Virus record (IMG/VR): IMGVR_UViG_3300025435_000688
Span: 1 to 28,333 of that record
Source of the DNA: a virus
Taxonomy: Duplodnaviria > Caudoviricetes
Length of the DNA: 28,333 nucleotides
Reading direction: 5' to 3' (one strand)
Both the position numbers and the translations under genes were made by a program. The notes beneath the pieces are model-generated. The model had not been told where the DNA came from and did no database searches. It saw nothing but the letters and a program-made list of their open reading frames with translations. Shown here piece by piece: positions 9,801-18,231 of this stretch (position 1 is its first letter; each line of letters starts with the position of its first letter).

Positions 9801-10739
9801 ATATTCACTATAAAAGCTGCTGATCAATTAGGACTCAGTGCTACTACTAAAACATTTAGCATAGAAGTAGCTACACCCTATAAGCTAAACTATAGCAACA
9901 TATATGTTAAGCCATTCTTAGATCAAAACACAAGAGTTAATGTGTTAGCTTTCTTGAACAATATCAATATCTTTACTCCTAATCTAATATATAGGCCCAG
10001 TGATAGTAAATTTGGTGTGCAAAAAACATTACAAATGTTACTTTATCCGGGCATAGAAACTACCGATGCTGCAAAATATGTAGCAGCATTTGGTAGGAGC
10101 TACAGGAAACAGTTTAGATTGGGAGATATTAAAAAAGCTATTGCTAAAACTCCAGGAACTAATACAGTAATTTATGAAGTAATATATATAGAAGTTTTTG
10201 ACAACCAAGAAATCGGAACGACTTCTATGAAAAGCGTCGTAGATATAAACAATAGAAATTATCCTATCACTGTCAACCAAGGGCGTAGAGATGCGATCGA
10301 TGACACATTTGGATCTAATATAGCTACGATAGAATCAATGGATGTATATAAGCGATATCATCTATCAGATAGAGCTATGAGCGCAGATTATAACGGCCAA
10401 AGAGTGAGTGATAGAAATAAATCAACTATCTTTGGAAACAGTGTCACAAATATGAGGAATAATATCAGACAAGTAGGAGATAGCGAAAGGGATTATCTCC
10501 CCCTATGGATGCAGACTCCCCAGACGTTTAGCGGTATAGTACAGAGCTTTACTAAGGCTATACCTCTTTGTTATTGTGTTCCTGGCGGTGCGGATGCTGT
10601 GATCCTAAACATACAGCACAGCGGATTTGATTTCAAATCTATAAACTACACTATAGACAGAGCCATTATAGACAGTGTCACTGGTTATGTAGGTGATAAA
10701 TATCTTATGTTCCCAGCGAGAGAGGTTATAAATGGTTAG
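6888..10739 (+). CDS. Large baseplate/tail structural protein with putative Ig repeats and inserted YHYH-like and SPRY-like domains
   Basis: Four LP(P/G)GLxL/I...GxI/VxG Ig-like units; IGVAIDGVPF...HSPIIGYAFDGWPIYGPYG...TPEYPNGVYAYF (YHYH family); LKLSNYNLTV...GIGIA...DIVDLAVD...FYPAVS (SPRY-like). Confidence 0.7.
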   Translation: MTDKPLWNIKSETVLATIYAGVAVNLPLPVTNPPVEQTAPYPPHNVPVEIYKFTDYKNANIASAHTNRFQGNATAFADINDLYVSSNGLPATTPASSNYSLYIATATNYVFRIPRQRNIQDTKNPIMTQQSIGVAIDGVPFCAPRSGKTHNFNNVIYTENDILNPVNFPTSDGSALVGADGAYFYNSDPKLLYTKNPEQHSPIIGYAFDGWPIYGPYGFTNTNGTGGISLMTSSYQLKTSLRSNNTDPDGTYIEDYLYVEGSGTLDRYNGRDCITPEYPNGVYAYFVTVNPYNTNEPVYPYIIGPYYKSKPVKPNGNFTYPGSLTISVISAELPPGLRISGTNVVGTAYSIKVDTKFKFVLRAQNSIGFSDKTLVIAVTAQSGLLWETPAGSLPVGNNKLFPIPVQFDPNRLGPDLKLSNYNLTVSAPKPITDGSEPSALCTYNILNGVKVIFSVIVDKAVKDAFTGIGIAGAGMNLTTWVGNTIDSFGFWDDGSAYGNDNNIYYPAGTFPIIYGGDIVDLAVDRQNNLIWMRVNGGSWNGDASQDPVTATGGIDISFMTAAVFYPAVSPYNNGSSAGQFTVKQLPSYNIPYGYIFVGNEVIGDVYYVLDNGYVNYQLSAVDKNLALSQDLKFYIPPNGGYLPGGLTLSSSGVISGFTKPVFSVISSNVNGNYDENFYDVSAYDYGIPPNNGFDSFIYDIENYDFYYNINIPKKLNRYYQFIIRATDGYYYEDRKFKIYVVGDDHLRADTTLIQAGANIYRADATYLRKPIWLTPNFLGTRRANNYVTIPTNIYISDSIVGVITYILDRTNDDGSISRLPPGLELDEQTGTIYGSIPYQPAISQTYKFTIRAYRYDPIKGDTVDTPRTFTLDVIGEVESIISFTTSGDIGTINAQLVSNLSVSATTKIQNTTLVYTLVNGKLPPGLTLFNDGTIQGKINQFYNPSIGLGLTTIDMGTATFDHSTTRLDRQFIFTIKAADQLGLSATTKTFSIEVATPYKLNYSNIYVKPFLDQNTRVNVLAFLNNINIFTPNLIYRPSDSKFGVQKTLQMLLYPGIETTDAAKYVAAFGRSYRKQFRLGDIKKAIAKTPGTNTVIYEVIYIEVFDNQEIGTTSMKSVVDINNRNYPITVNQGRRDAIDDTFGSNIATIESMDVYKRYHLSDRAMSADYNGQRVSDRNKSTIFGNSVTNMRNNIRQVGDSERDYLPLWMQTPQTFSGIVQSFTKAIPLCYCVPGGADAVILNIQHSGFDFKSINYTIDRAIIDSVTGYVGDKYLMFPAREVING
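10695..10702 (+). promoter_or_regulatory. Possible late promoter GATAAATA inside the upstream gene end
   Basis: About 30 nt before ATG 10732, with GAGG RBS in between. Confidence 0.4.
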
Positions 10740-11619
10740 CCAGATTAATTATACTAGTATAGATGCAACATATCCAATAGCAGGTAAAGATAACGATAGC
10801 CAAGGATTCCGTGATAATTTTGGATATATTAAGTCTGGACTAGAAGTAGCACAAGGTGAAATTACTGCACTACAGAATACTGCTGCGGTGACTTCCCAAA
10901 ACAACGATTTTGGAAATAATCAGATCACAGGTGCGGTATTCCGAAACAACAGCGATCTTTACTTTGATGGCGGAACTATCTCAGCTAATACGACAGTTAC
11001 ATATGCTAATGGTCCGTATCAAAAATTTGTAATCGGCGACGGTCCGCTAACATTGAGCCTAGGATTTCCTTCTACATCATCTCAAGTATACAAGATGCGA
11101 ATAGAATTAGTTGGCATAGATACAGCATATGCTGTAGGATTCGCAGGAACAGGATCTACAATAGTCACTAATAATATATCAAATCCTTTCTATATTACTA
11201 GCAGTACTAATCCAAGGATATTTGACGTATGGACTACTGATGCTGGAACAAACATCCACATCTATCAAGTTAATAATGATGACGGATTTTATGACAACGG
11301 CGCGGTATCAGGATCCGATACTTTTTCTTACACTAGCGGCAAATATCAAAGTTACACACTTGAAGGAACAACTGCTCTAACAGTGAGCGGGTTTCCTCCT
11401 ACAGGAAACACAGGTAAAATAATCCTAGAAATAAATAGCAGTGTTAGTTCTAGTTCATTTACGCTAGCAGCATTAAATACGGCAGGAACCGCAGGAACTA
11501 TCAAATACAGTCCTAATTTTCCCACAGCAGTGGCACAGGCAAATATGCTTATGTTAGAAATTTGGTCACACGATGGCGGAAATACTGTATATGCAAAAAG
11601 CCACGGAACGTTTTCATAA
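10732..11619 (+). CDS. Putative tail/baseplate structural protein with a tandemly duplicated C-terminal domain
   Basis: N-terminal YPIAGKDNDSQGFRDNF plus coiled coil; two similar units (F/YDxG...YxxGxYQ...GFP...WxxDxG). Confidence 0.6.
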   Translation: MVSQINYTSIDATYPIAGKDNDSQGFRDNFGYIKSGLEVAQGEITALQNTAAVTSQNNDFGNNQITGAVFRNNSDLYFDGGTISANTTVTYANGPYQKFVIGDGPLTLSLGFPSTSSQVYKMRIELVGIDTAYAVGFAGTGSTIVTNNISNPFYITSSTNPRIFDVWTTDAGTNIHIYQVNNDDGFYDNGAVSGSDTFSYTSGKYQSYTLEGTTALTVSGFPPTGNTGKIILEINSSVSSSSFTLAALNTAGTAGTIKYSPNFPTAVAQANMLMLEIWSHDGGNTVYAKSHGTFS

Positions 11620-11855
11620 TGCATCCGTTTAGTCCAGATCTAAGTGGATTATCTGATCAAGAACTAGACAACAAAATTATAGATCTTGGAAAAAAATATT
11701 TCCAAGCTATACGATTTAGTCCTAGCATTTCTCATCAAATTGTGTTACTATTAGAGAGTTATAAGTCTGAGCAGCAGAATAGATTTGCTGCAAAGATGAT
11801 GAAATCTAAGATAGACGGAGATGATGAGCTAAATGAACTTATTAGGATCGATTAA
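11619..11855 (+). CDS. Small helical hypothetical protein (78 aa, MHPFSPDLS...)
   Basis: TAATG stop/start overlap at 11617-11621 favours a start at 11619 over 11562. Confidence 0.7.
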   Translation: MHPFSPDLSGLSDQELDNKIIDLGKKYFQAIRFSPSISHQIVLLLESYKSEQQNRFAAKMMKSKIDGDDELNELIRID

Positions 11856-12498
11856 AGAGTCTAATTTTCCACAAACTATAAATTTTAAGGTAAATTGTTT
11901 AGTTTACGTCGACGATGCGTTTATCGTAAACAGATTTAAGATAAAAGTTGGATTTTCTCGCACTGTTAAGAATCCAATCTTAAACGACATAGCATTAGAT
12001 CAGATGGAATTATTCTTTAGTTTGCTGATGGATAATTGTGTGATAGTCAGCAAAGATGCATATGATGCTATGGAGCATCATCCAAAAAACAACTTCTTAA
12101 TGACATACGAAAAACCGGATGATCAGGCGATAGCTTGTATGCTATTATATAAACTTGTCAGCATCGTAGGGAATAATCTAGAAATAGAATATATTTCTTT
12201 ATCTAGCATACTAGGTGACAAGATAAAGTATACAATGACAAGGAGTTCAGAAGAAGTTAAGATGGTATTGCCCAATAAAGAAAATTGGTGGAATGATAAA
12301 AACATCGACTTCAGTCCTTGGTGGTTACGTAACGATTCTGCGACTTATGATAGATTGATAAATCGAGATGAGATCTATGACGGAGAATTTACTTGGGATG
12401 ATATGTTTGAAGAGCAGATAAAGGCAGCTGCTGAATTTGATCTTCCAAAATCCACAAAAGGATTTAAGGTAATCAACGGCGGCAAAGATGCAGATTGA
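11833..12498 (+). CDS. Hypothetical protein (221 aa)
   Basis: Long ORF overlapping both neighbours in an operon; no motif recognised. Confidence 0.7.
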   Translation: MNLLGSIKESNFPQTINFKVNCLVYVDDAFIVNRFKIKVGFSRTVKNPILNDIALDQMELFFSLLMDNCVIVSKDAYDAMEHHPKNNFLMTYEKPDDQAIACMLLYKLVSIVGNNLEIEYISLSSILGDKIKYTMTRSSEEVKMVLPNKENWWNDKNIDFSPWWLRNDSATYDRLINRDEIYDGEFTWDDMFEEQIKAAAEFDLPKSTKGFKVINGGKDAD

Positions 12499-13012
12499 TC
12501 AGCTAGGAAGGATTTCTTTTTCCAGCAAGAATCTTATAGAAGAAATCTATAAAGGAAACATTGATCTCCTTCCTAATGCTTTTGTATCCACAGACGAAGA
12601 TTATGTTAAATATTTAGAATACTTAGAAGAAAAAGCTATAACTGATTGGCCTATTCCTCTGCCCGAAAACAAAGACGATATAGATATTGAGACTTTCGAT
12701 AGGTCAAATCAACATAGTTGGTTAATGCTTGCGGAATATAAGGATTTTCCAGTTGCATCCTATCTATTAAATCTATGTAAGACGGCAGAGGAAACAGCTA
12801 GAGTTAAATTAGAATTAACGCTTTTCGAAGAACATAACATGATCGCCCTTCTGTGTTATCTAAAATTTTTGGTTGACACGATGCGATCAAATAATATATT
12901 ATGGGGCGTAGGTAGAGGATCGAGCGTTGCAAGTTATTGCCTATACCTTTTAGGAATACACAAAATCGATTCGCTTAAATATAACTTAGATATAAGAGAA
13001 TTCTTAAGATAG
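12488..13012 (+). CDS. Stand-alone fragment of DNA polymerase III alpha (DnaE/PolC family)
   Basis: RVKLEL...YLKFLVDTMR...WGVGRGSSVASYCLYLLGIHKIDSLKYNLDIREFL matches the DnaE GPGRGS...YxLGITxxDP...LxFERF block; stops before the PDID motif. Confidence 0.8.
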   Translation: MQIDQLGRISFSSKNLIEEIYKGNIDLLPNAFVSTDEDYVKYLEYLEEKAITDWPIPLPENKDDIDIETFDRSNQHSWLMLAEYKDFPVASYLLNLCKTAEETARVKLELTLFEEHNMIALLCYLKFLVDTMRSNNILWGVGRGSSVASYCLYLLGIHKIDSLKYNLDIREFLR

Positions 13013-13022
13013 GAGAACGATA

Positions 13023-13412
13023 ATGGCAACACGACAAGTTTATAGATCGATGCAGGGCAAAGTAGTTGATATGGGTCAGCTAATAGCCAAGAATGAATTA
13101 ATACCAGCCGTTGGTAATTCGAAAGTTAATGCCCGAGGAGATGAGCTCGGACCTGGTGGCAAGATCGTGCGAACCAGAGAAGAAATAATGGCAGAATATT
13201 ACAGAGACACGAACAATTCCTTGCCAGATTCTGTACCAAGCAGAGCTAGGACTACTCCGGTGCCTAAGCAGCCTGATCCAGTAGCAGCGATCACAGCACC
13301 TACACATACTGCTATACTTGCAGTCAGTGACCTATCTCCGGATGAATTAGAATTCCATGATCCAGAACCATTACCTACAGAAATAACCAAGAGGAAGAGG
13401 ACCGGCGAATAA
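13023..13412 (+). CDS. Hypothetical phage protein (129 aa)
   Basis: AGGAG RBS; globular-looking N-half (AVGNSKVNARGDELGPGG) and Pro-rich tail; TAAATA at 12976-12981 upstream. Confidence 0.7.
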   Translation: MATRQVYRSMQGKVVDMGQLIAKNELIPAVGNSKVNARGDELGPGGKIVRTREEIMAEYYRDTNNSLPDSVPSRARTTPVPKQPDPVAAITAPTHTAILAVSDLSPDELEFHDPEPLPTEITKRKRTGE

Positions 13413-13777
13413 TGAGTGAAGATACACTTTTAGTAAGAGCTATACGAGATAGTATCATCGTCAGTGATATGTTCTTTGGAGATATGCGTACAACATTTGG
13501 TATCATTATTCCAAACGACGATGGCAAGAGCTACGGAATCAAACCTCGCTGGGGCAAGGTATATTCCGTCGGTCCTGAACAAAAAGATGTAGTTATCGGA
13601 GATTGGGTATTAATAGAACATGGACGTTGGACTAGGGGGTTTGATTTCGATCTAGATGATGGATCAAAAATTACCTTGCGAAGGATAGATGCAGATGCTA
13701 TACTCTTAATTAGTGATGAAAGACCTTCTGATGTGCAGGTCACGCCAGACAGAATCTTAGATTTACACACTAATTAA
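13412..13777 (+). CDS. groES: GroES/Cpn10-like co-chaperonin
   Basis: RAIRDSIIV...TTFGIIIP (mobile loop)...GKVYSVGP...VVIGDWVLI...IDADAIL. Confidence 0.75.
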   Translation: MSEDTLLVRAIRDSIIVSDMFFGDMRTTFGIIIPNDDGKSYGIKPRWGKVYSVGPEQKDVVIGDWVLIEHGRWTRGFDFDLDDGSKITLRRIDADAILLISDERPSDVQVTPDRILDLHTN

Positions 13778-13788
13778 AAGGAAATTTT

Positions 13789-14214
13789 ATGTCAAATCAA
13801 ATTGACCTACAGAAATATTCGTCATTCGTCGAATATGTGACTAGCGATACAAGCAAGTATGCATATGCGTTCCAAGAAAGGTTTGACAAACTCTGTCAAA
13901 CACAAGACGACGGGACTAATATCAATCCAACATTGTTGATCACTGCAGGTATCGGTCTTAGTAGCGAAACTGGAGAGTTCAACGAAATTATAAAAAAGAT
14001 GCTGTTCCAGGGCAAGCCGCTCAACGAAGAGAATCGTTTCCATATGATGCGCGAACTAGGTGATATCATTTGGTATTGGACGAATGCTTGCCGCGCACTT
14101 GGGTATGATCCTAATGAAGTTATCGCTGAAAATGTACGCAAGTTAGAAACACGCTACCCCGGTGGCAAGTTTGATGCGTGGTATAGTGAAAATCGAATAG
14201 ATGGCGATCTCTAA
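13789..14214 (+). CDS. mazG: MazG-like nucleoside triphosphate pyrophosphohydrolase
   Basis: GLSSETGEFNEIIKK...RELGDIIWY...NVRKLETRYP. Confidence 0.88.
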   Translation: MSNQIDLQKYSSFVEYVTSDTSKYAYAFQERFDKLCQTQDDGTNINPTLLITAGIGLSSETGEFNEIIKKMLFQGKPLNEENRFHMMRELGDIIWYWTNACRALGYDPNEVIAENVRKLETRYPGGKFDAWYSENRIDGDL

Positions 14215-15663
14215 GTGTCAACATATGACAGCACGAAAGAGCTATTAGAAAAAATTAGTCCTACAATGTGTGCTGCAAAGTGGAATCAACCCACTTTGCA
14301 TCTACATAATGGACAAACACATAGCTGTCATCATCCAAATACACATCCTATACATTTAGGAGAAATAAAAGACGATCCCGCAGCATTAGTTAATAGCGGA
14401 TATCTAAAAACACAACGCAGAGAGATGGTCGAAGGTAAAAGGCCACAAGAATGCAATTACTGCTGGAACATAGAAAACACCAACGGAATTAGTGATAGAG
14501 TATTAAAAAGCAAATACGATACTCCTCTAGACAAATTAAATGAACTAGTTAACACAGATCCAGAACAATTATATACAAAGAATTTTAATCCTACTTACAT
14601 AGAAATTAGTTTCGATTATACTTGTAATTTAAAATGTGCATATTGCGGACCCACTATAAGCAGTGCTTGGCATCAAGAGATATTAGAACACGGTGGCTAC
14701 CCTACAACTATTCCTCACTATGATCTAGAATCTTACAAATCAAAACTTCCAATACTCAAGAGAGATCATAACCCTTATGTGGATGCTTTTTGGAAATGGT
14801 TTCCAGAATTAAAAAATGATCTCAAGATACTTAGAGTAACAGGCGGCGAACCTCTGTTAAGCAAAGATATGTGGAAACTGTTTGATAACCTAATAGAAGG
14901 ATCAAACACAGATATGACTTTTGCTGTTAATACTAATCTAATGCAAGATCGAGATATCATAGATAAACTAATCAATAGGATCAATAAATTAGAAGGTAAA
15001 GTAAGAAACTTTGAATTGTATACTTCTATAGATACAGGTATAGCCAAACACGCAGAATATATTAGATACGGACTGGATTATAATATCTTTCAATCAAATC
15101 TAGAGAGAGTACTAGATGAAGTTAAATGGCCCATAAAAGTTTCCAATATGTGTACTGTAACTAATCTAAGTTCTGTTGGGTTAAAAGACATCATAAGATA
15201 TTTTTTCCTGCTGAGGGGCGAATATGCTGGAACACACAAAGTAGCTAATCACAATTCATATCTACGATATCCTAATTGGTTAGATCTGCGAGTAGGTAGA
15301 GATACATCTATACATTATCTAGAAAAAACTAAAAAATACTACGAAAAGATAATGATAGAAAACAAAGCTAGAGACATAAAAAGTCTCAAGATAGACTTCT
15401 TAAACGGAAAGAGTGTGACGTTCCCAGGAAATGAAGATTATGACTTGTCTAATATTTTCCCCTATTGGAGCAAAAACGATATGTCTAAGCAGATTGATAG
15501 ACTGATAGGATTTGCTAAGATTCCGTTACCCGAATCGCAAGAAACTGTTATGCATCGAGATTTTTATAAATTCTGGACAGAATACGATCGACGCAAAGGA
15601 ACGGACTTCTGTAAAACTTTTCCGGAGTTTGCAGACTTTTATCATAAATGCAAGCAATTATAG
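14215..15663 (+). CDS. Radical SAM protein with N-terminal Twitch/SPASM-like Cys cluster
   Basis: CNLKCAYC (CxxxCxxC), TGGEPLL, NTNL, SID; N-terminal CAAKW...SCHH...ECNYCW; GTG start. Confidence 0.85.
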   Translation: MSTYDSTKELLEKISPTMCAAKWNQPTLHLHNGQTHSCHHPNTHPIHLGEIKDDPAALVNSGYLKTQRREMVEGKRPQECNYCWNIENTNGISDRVLKSKYDTPLDKLNELVNTDPEQLYTKNFNPTYIEISFDYTCNLKCAYCGPTISSAWHQEILEHGGYPTTIPHYDLESYKSKLPILKRDHNPYVDAFWKWFPELKNDLKILRVTGGEPLLSKDMWKLFDNLIEGSNTDMTFAVNTNLMQDRDIIDKLINRINKLEGKVRNFELYTSIDTGIAKHAEYIRYGLDYNIFQSNLERVLDEVKWPIKVSNMCTVTNLSSVGLKDIIRYFFLLRGEYAGTHKVANHNSYLRYPNWLDLRVGRDTSIHYLEKTKKYYEKIMIENKARDIKSLKIDFLNGKSVTFPGNEDYDLSNIFPYWSKNDMSKQIDRLIGFAKIPLPESQETVMHRDFYKFWTEYDRRKGTDFCKTFPEFADFYHKCKQL

Positions 15664-15692
15664 TTGACCACTAGATCTAATTATGCTATTAT
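15664..15692 (+). promoter_or_regulatory. Sigma70-type promoter TTGACC-N17-TATTAT with extended TG
   Basis: TTGACC 15664-69, TG 15684-85, TATTAT 15687-92; AGGAG 15704-08 follows. Confidence 0.7.
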
Positions 15693-15713
15693 AAGAATTA
15701 TTTAGGAGCATCT

Positions 15714-15872
15714 ATGAAATTTAGCAATGCTAGTTCTGGCGTAGGAACTATGGGGTTAGCTGGTATATCTCTTATGATATTACATATCACAAATCAATTA
15801 ACCGGATGGGCTTGGCCTTTATTGTATGTGCTAATGATAATGATGGCGATAGGACAGGAAAATCGAAAATGA
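15714..15872 (+). CDS. 52-aa two-helix membrane protein (not in ORF track)
   Basis: MKFSNASSGVGTMGLAGISLMILHITNQLTGWAWPLLYVLMIMMAIGQENRK*; AGGAG RBS; ATGA overlap with the next gene. Confidence 0.75.
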   Translation: MKFSNASSGVGTMGLAGISLMILHITNQLTGWAWPLLYVLMIMMAIGQENRK

Positions 15873-16225
15873 GTGGACCTTACGTAACAGGAGCAGAAGC
15901 GCCTGGTATATATTATAATAAGAAGGAACCTAAGAAATTGAACTTTTTACAGCGTTGGTTTGATCAAAAGTGTAGAGAGGCTTGGAATCGTGCTCAGTGC
16001 GAGCCTGCTAGTCCTTCTAGACTTATACCAATGGAAGATCCTGGAATTAATTCGATTGATGGATTGCAAATACGACTCTACGGAGCTACAGGTGGTCATA
16101 TTGTAGAATTCCGAAAATATGATAGACATAAAGACCGCACTGATTGTAGAATGTATGTTATTCATTCTGAAAAGAACTTTAGTGAAGAACTAGCTAAAGT
16201 CGTGAGTTTGGAGATATTAAGATGA
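15869..16225 (+). CDS. Hypothetical protein (118 aa, MSGPYVTG...)
   Basis: ATGA coupling at 15869-15872 favours this start over 15806. Confidence 0.65.
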   Translation: MSGPYVTGAEAPGIYYNKKEPKKLNFLQRWFDQKCREAWNRAQCEPASPSRLIPMEDPGINSIDGLQIRLYGATGGHIVEFRKYDRHKDRTDCRMYVIHSEKNFSEELAKVVSLEILR

Positions 16226-16446
16226 CGACTGATATTGAAATAGAAGATGTCTATACAAAAATGCAGAATTTTTCTATAGAATTAGCACTAGATTCGTCTA
16301 TAATAGCTGTTGCAGGCGTGATGATGGCACAGGCATTAACTATCTATAAAACTATATTATCGCCCGAAGAATACGAAATGATGTGCGCAAGCATTTACGA
16401 ATCTCGTGGCAAAGTAAAGAAGCTAACAGGACCAACACTACAATGA
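16222..16446 (+). CDS. Small hypothetical protein (74 aa)
   Basis: GGAG RBS; ATGA overlaps at both ends. Confidence 0.7.
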   Translation: MTTDIEIEDVYTKMQNFSIELALDSSIIAVAGVMMAQALTIYKTILSPEEYEMMCASIYESRGKVKKLTGPTLQ

Positions 16447-17366
16447 AACAACTATGGGTAGAAAAGTATCGGCCAAACACTGTTGCTGACTATGTTTTTA
16501 GAGATGAGAATCAAAAGGCACAGGTTGAGCAATGGATCAAGGATAAGTCTATTCCGCATTTATTGTTAAGCGGTAGCCCGGGTATTGGTAAGACTACTCT
16601 CGCTAAGATGCTGCTGAATGAGATGGGCATCAATGATTTTGATGTGTTAACAGCTAACGGATCTAAAGAAGGTCGTAAGATCGAATGGGTAGACAAGCTG
16701 ATTAGTTTCTGTCAGATAATCCCGTTTGGACCTTTTAAGGTTGTGCTTATCGATGAAGCTGATTATCTTAATCCTAATTCTACACAACCGGCGTTGCGTA
16801 ATCTAATGGAAGATTATAGTCATAGTGTTCGTTTTATTATGACCTGCAACTATCCCAACAAGATCATTCCTGCGCTACACAGTAGATGCCAAGGTTTCCA
16901 TATAGAGACCGTGGATAGAGATGAATTTACAGCCCGCGTAGCAACTATCTTGCTTAAAGAGCTCATCGATATCGATATCGATACGCTAGATACCTATGTC
17001 AAGGCTACATACCCAGATATGCGCAAGTGCATCAATCTAGTGCAGATGAATAGCGGAACTGGAGTTCTAGTGTCTCCAGATAAGGATGATAAATCTCAAT
17101 CAGATTGGCGGCTTTCTATGGTACAGTTATTCAAGCAGGGCAAGATAAGCGAAGCTAGGAAACTTGTTTGTAAAAATGCGCGGCCAGAAGAAATGGAAGA
17201 AATCTATCGATGGTTATATGATAACCTAGAGCTGATCAGCAAGGATGAAGCTGTACAAGATAAAATCGTCCTCGTGATCAAACAAGGTTTGGTAGATCAT
17301 GTCAGCGTAGCCGATGCTGAAATTAATCTAGCGGCTACGCTGATACGAATAGCTAATCTAGTCTAG
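16443..17366 (+). CDS. Clamp loader AAA+ small subunit (RFC/T4 gp44-like)
   Basis: WVEKYRP, Walker A GSPGIGKT, Walker B DEAD, SRC motif; start at the ATGA overlap 16443. Confidence 0.92.
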   Translation: MKQLWVEKYRPNTVADYVFRDENQKAQVEQWIKDKSIPHLLLSGSPGIGKTTLAKMLLNEMGINDFDVLTANGSKEGRKIEWVDKLISFCQIIPFGPFKVVLIDEADYLNPNSTQPALRNLMEDYSHSVRFIMTCNYPNKIIPALHSRCQGFHIETVDRDEFTARVATILLKELIDIDIDTLDTYVKATYPDMRKCINLVQMNSGTGVLVSPDKDDKSQSDWRLSMVQLFKQGKISEARKLVCKNARPEEMEEIYRWLYDNLELISKDEAVQDKIVLVIKQGLVDHVSVADAEINLAATLIRIANLV

Positions 17367-18088
17367 TCTCCGTATATTTCCAATATCTCTTTGACTGCAG
17401 GATGCCTTTCGATATCCTTTTGTCCAAAGTTGACTATGTCAACGTGCTTGAGATTTCCGTTGGTATTTTTAAGACGATTGATAAATTCTATTAATCCGTT
17501 GTCTTCTAGACGATCGGCTTGTCTTAGATCTCCAGTTATAACCATGCGGCTGTTATCTCCTATTCTTGTCAGCAGCATTTTCATTTGGTTTGGTGTAGCA
17601 TTTTGCATTTCATCTGCTAATATAAAAGCATTCTTGAACGTTCTCCCCCTCATATAAGCTAATGGACTTACTTCTATTATGCCTTCTAATAGCATATTTT
17701 GTATTTCCTTAGCAAAATAATATTCAGCAAACACATCAAATATTGGACGTGTCCATGGTTCCATCTTTTTTTCTAAAGTGCCAGGTAAAAATCCGTGTTG
17801 TTCATCAACACTCACTGCTGGCCTAGTGATAATGATTTTTTCTATCTCTCCTTCTTTCAATAATTTGATAGCTATTTGCGTGGCCAGTAGAGTTTTACCT
17901 GTACCTGCTGGTCCAACTGCAAATATCATAGTTTTTGTGGAATCTTGTAGTTTGAGAAAATAAGACTCTTGTGATCTGTTCCTTGGTATTATTTTTACCT
18001 GAGTCTTCTTTTTAGGCTGATATTCTTGGAAATTTATTACATTATCGTTAAAACGTTGTTGCTTTTTAGCTGATCGTTGTCTAGACAA
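17363..18088 (-). CDS. phoH: PhoH-like ATPase
   Basis: GPAGTGKT, TRPAV, GFLPG, YMRGRT, DEMQN, GDLRQAD, ERH; TTG start 8 nt after AAGGAG. Confidence 0.95.
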   Translation of the reverse strand: MSRQRSAKKQQRFNDNVINFQEYQPKKKTQVKIIPRNRSQESYFLKLQDSTKTMIFAVGPAGTGKTLLATQIAIKLLKEGEIEKIIITRPAVSVDEQHGFLPGTLEKKMEPWTRPIFDVFAEYYFAKEIQNMLLEGIIEVSPLAYMRGRTFKNAFILADEMQNATPNQMKMLLTRIGDNSRMVITGDLRQADRLEDNGLIEFINRLKNTNGNLKHVDIVNFGQKDIERHPAVKEILEIYGD

Positions 18089-18110
18089 ATGCTATGCTCC
18101 TTCTTTGCTG

Positions 18111-18160
18111 GAAGGACACTGTCCAAAAACGAGGACCATTGTCCTTCATAATTATTTAAG
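18111..18160 (-). promoter_or_regulatory. phoH leader: late-type CTTAAATA followed by a 5' stem-loop
   Basis: Minus-strand TAAATA at 18158-18153; inverted repeat GAAGGACA (18111-18)/TGTCCTTC (18140-47) with inner GTCC/GGAC. Confidence 0.55.
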
Positions 18161-18202
18161 GCCAAATGCAAAATCATAACTGGTTATAATGTGTTTTTAG
18201 TC

Positions 18203-18210
18203 GATAAATA
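18203..18210 (+). promoter_or_regulatory. Late promoter-like GATAAATA
   Basis: Intergenic, 21 nt before ATG 18232. Confidence 0.6.
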
Positions 18211-18231
18211 CTTTCATAAGAGAGATATCAA

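Noticed and set aside
191-11624. Many minus-strand ORFs of 60-198 aa opposite the structural genes
   Set aside because: Antisense shadows of long, codon-biased plus-strand genes; no motifs recognised.
12488-13030. Stop-codon recoding or split intein explaining the short DnaE
   Set aside because: TAG, TGA and TAA all end genes at coupled junctions; sequence after the TAG is an RBS and an unrelated gene; no intein motifs.
15806-15868. Longer track starts at 15806 (also 11562, 16383, 20475)
   Set aside because: Downstream ATGs with stop/start overlaps or proper RBS spacing (15869, 11619, 16443, 20490) fit better.
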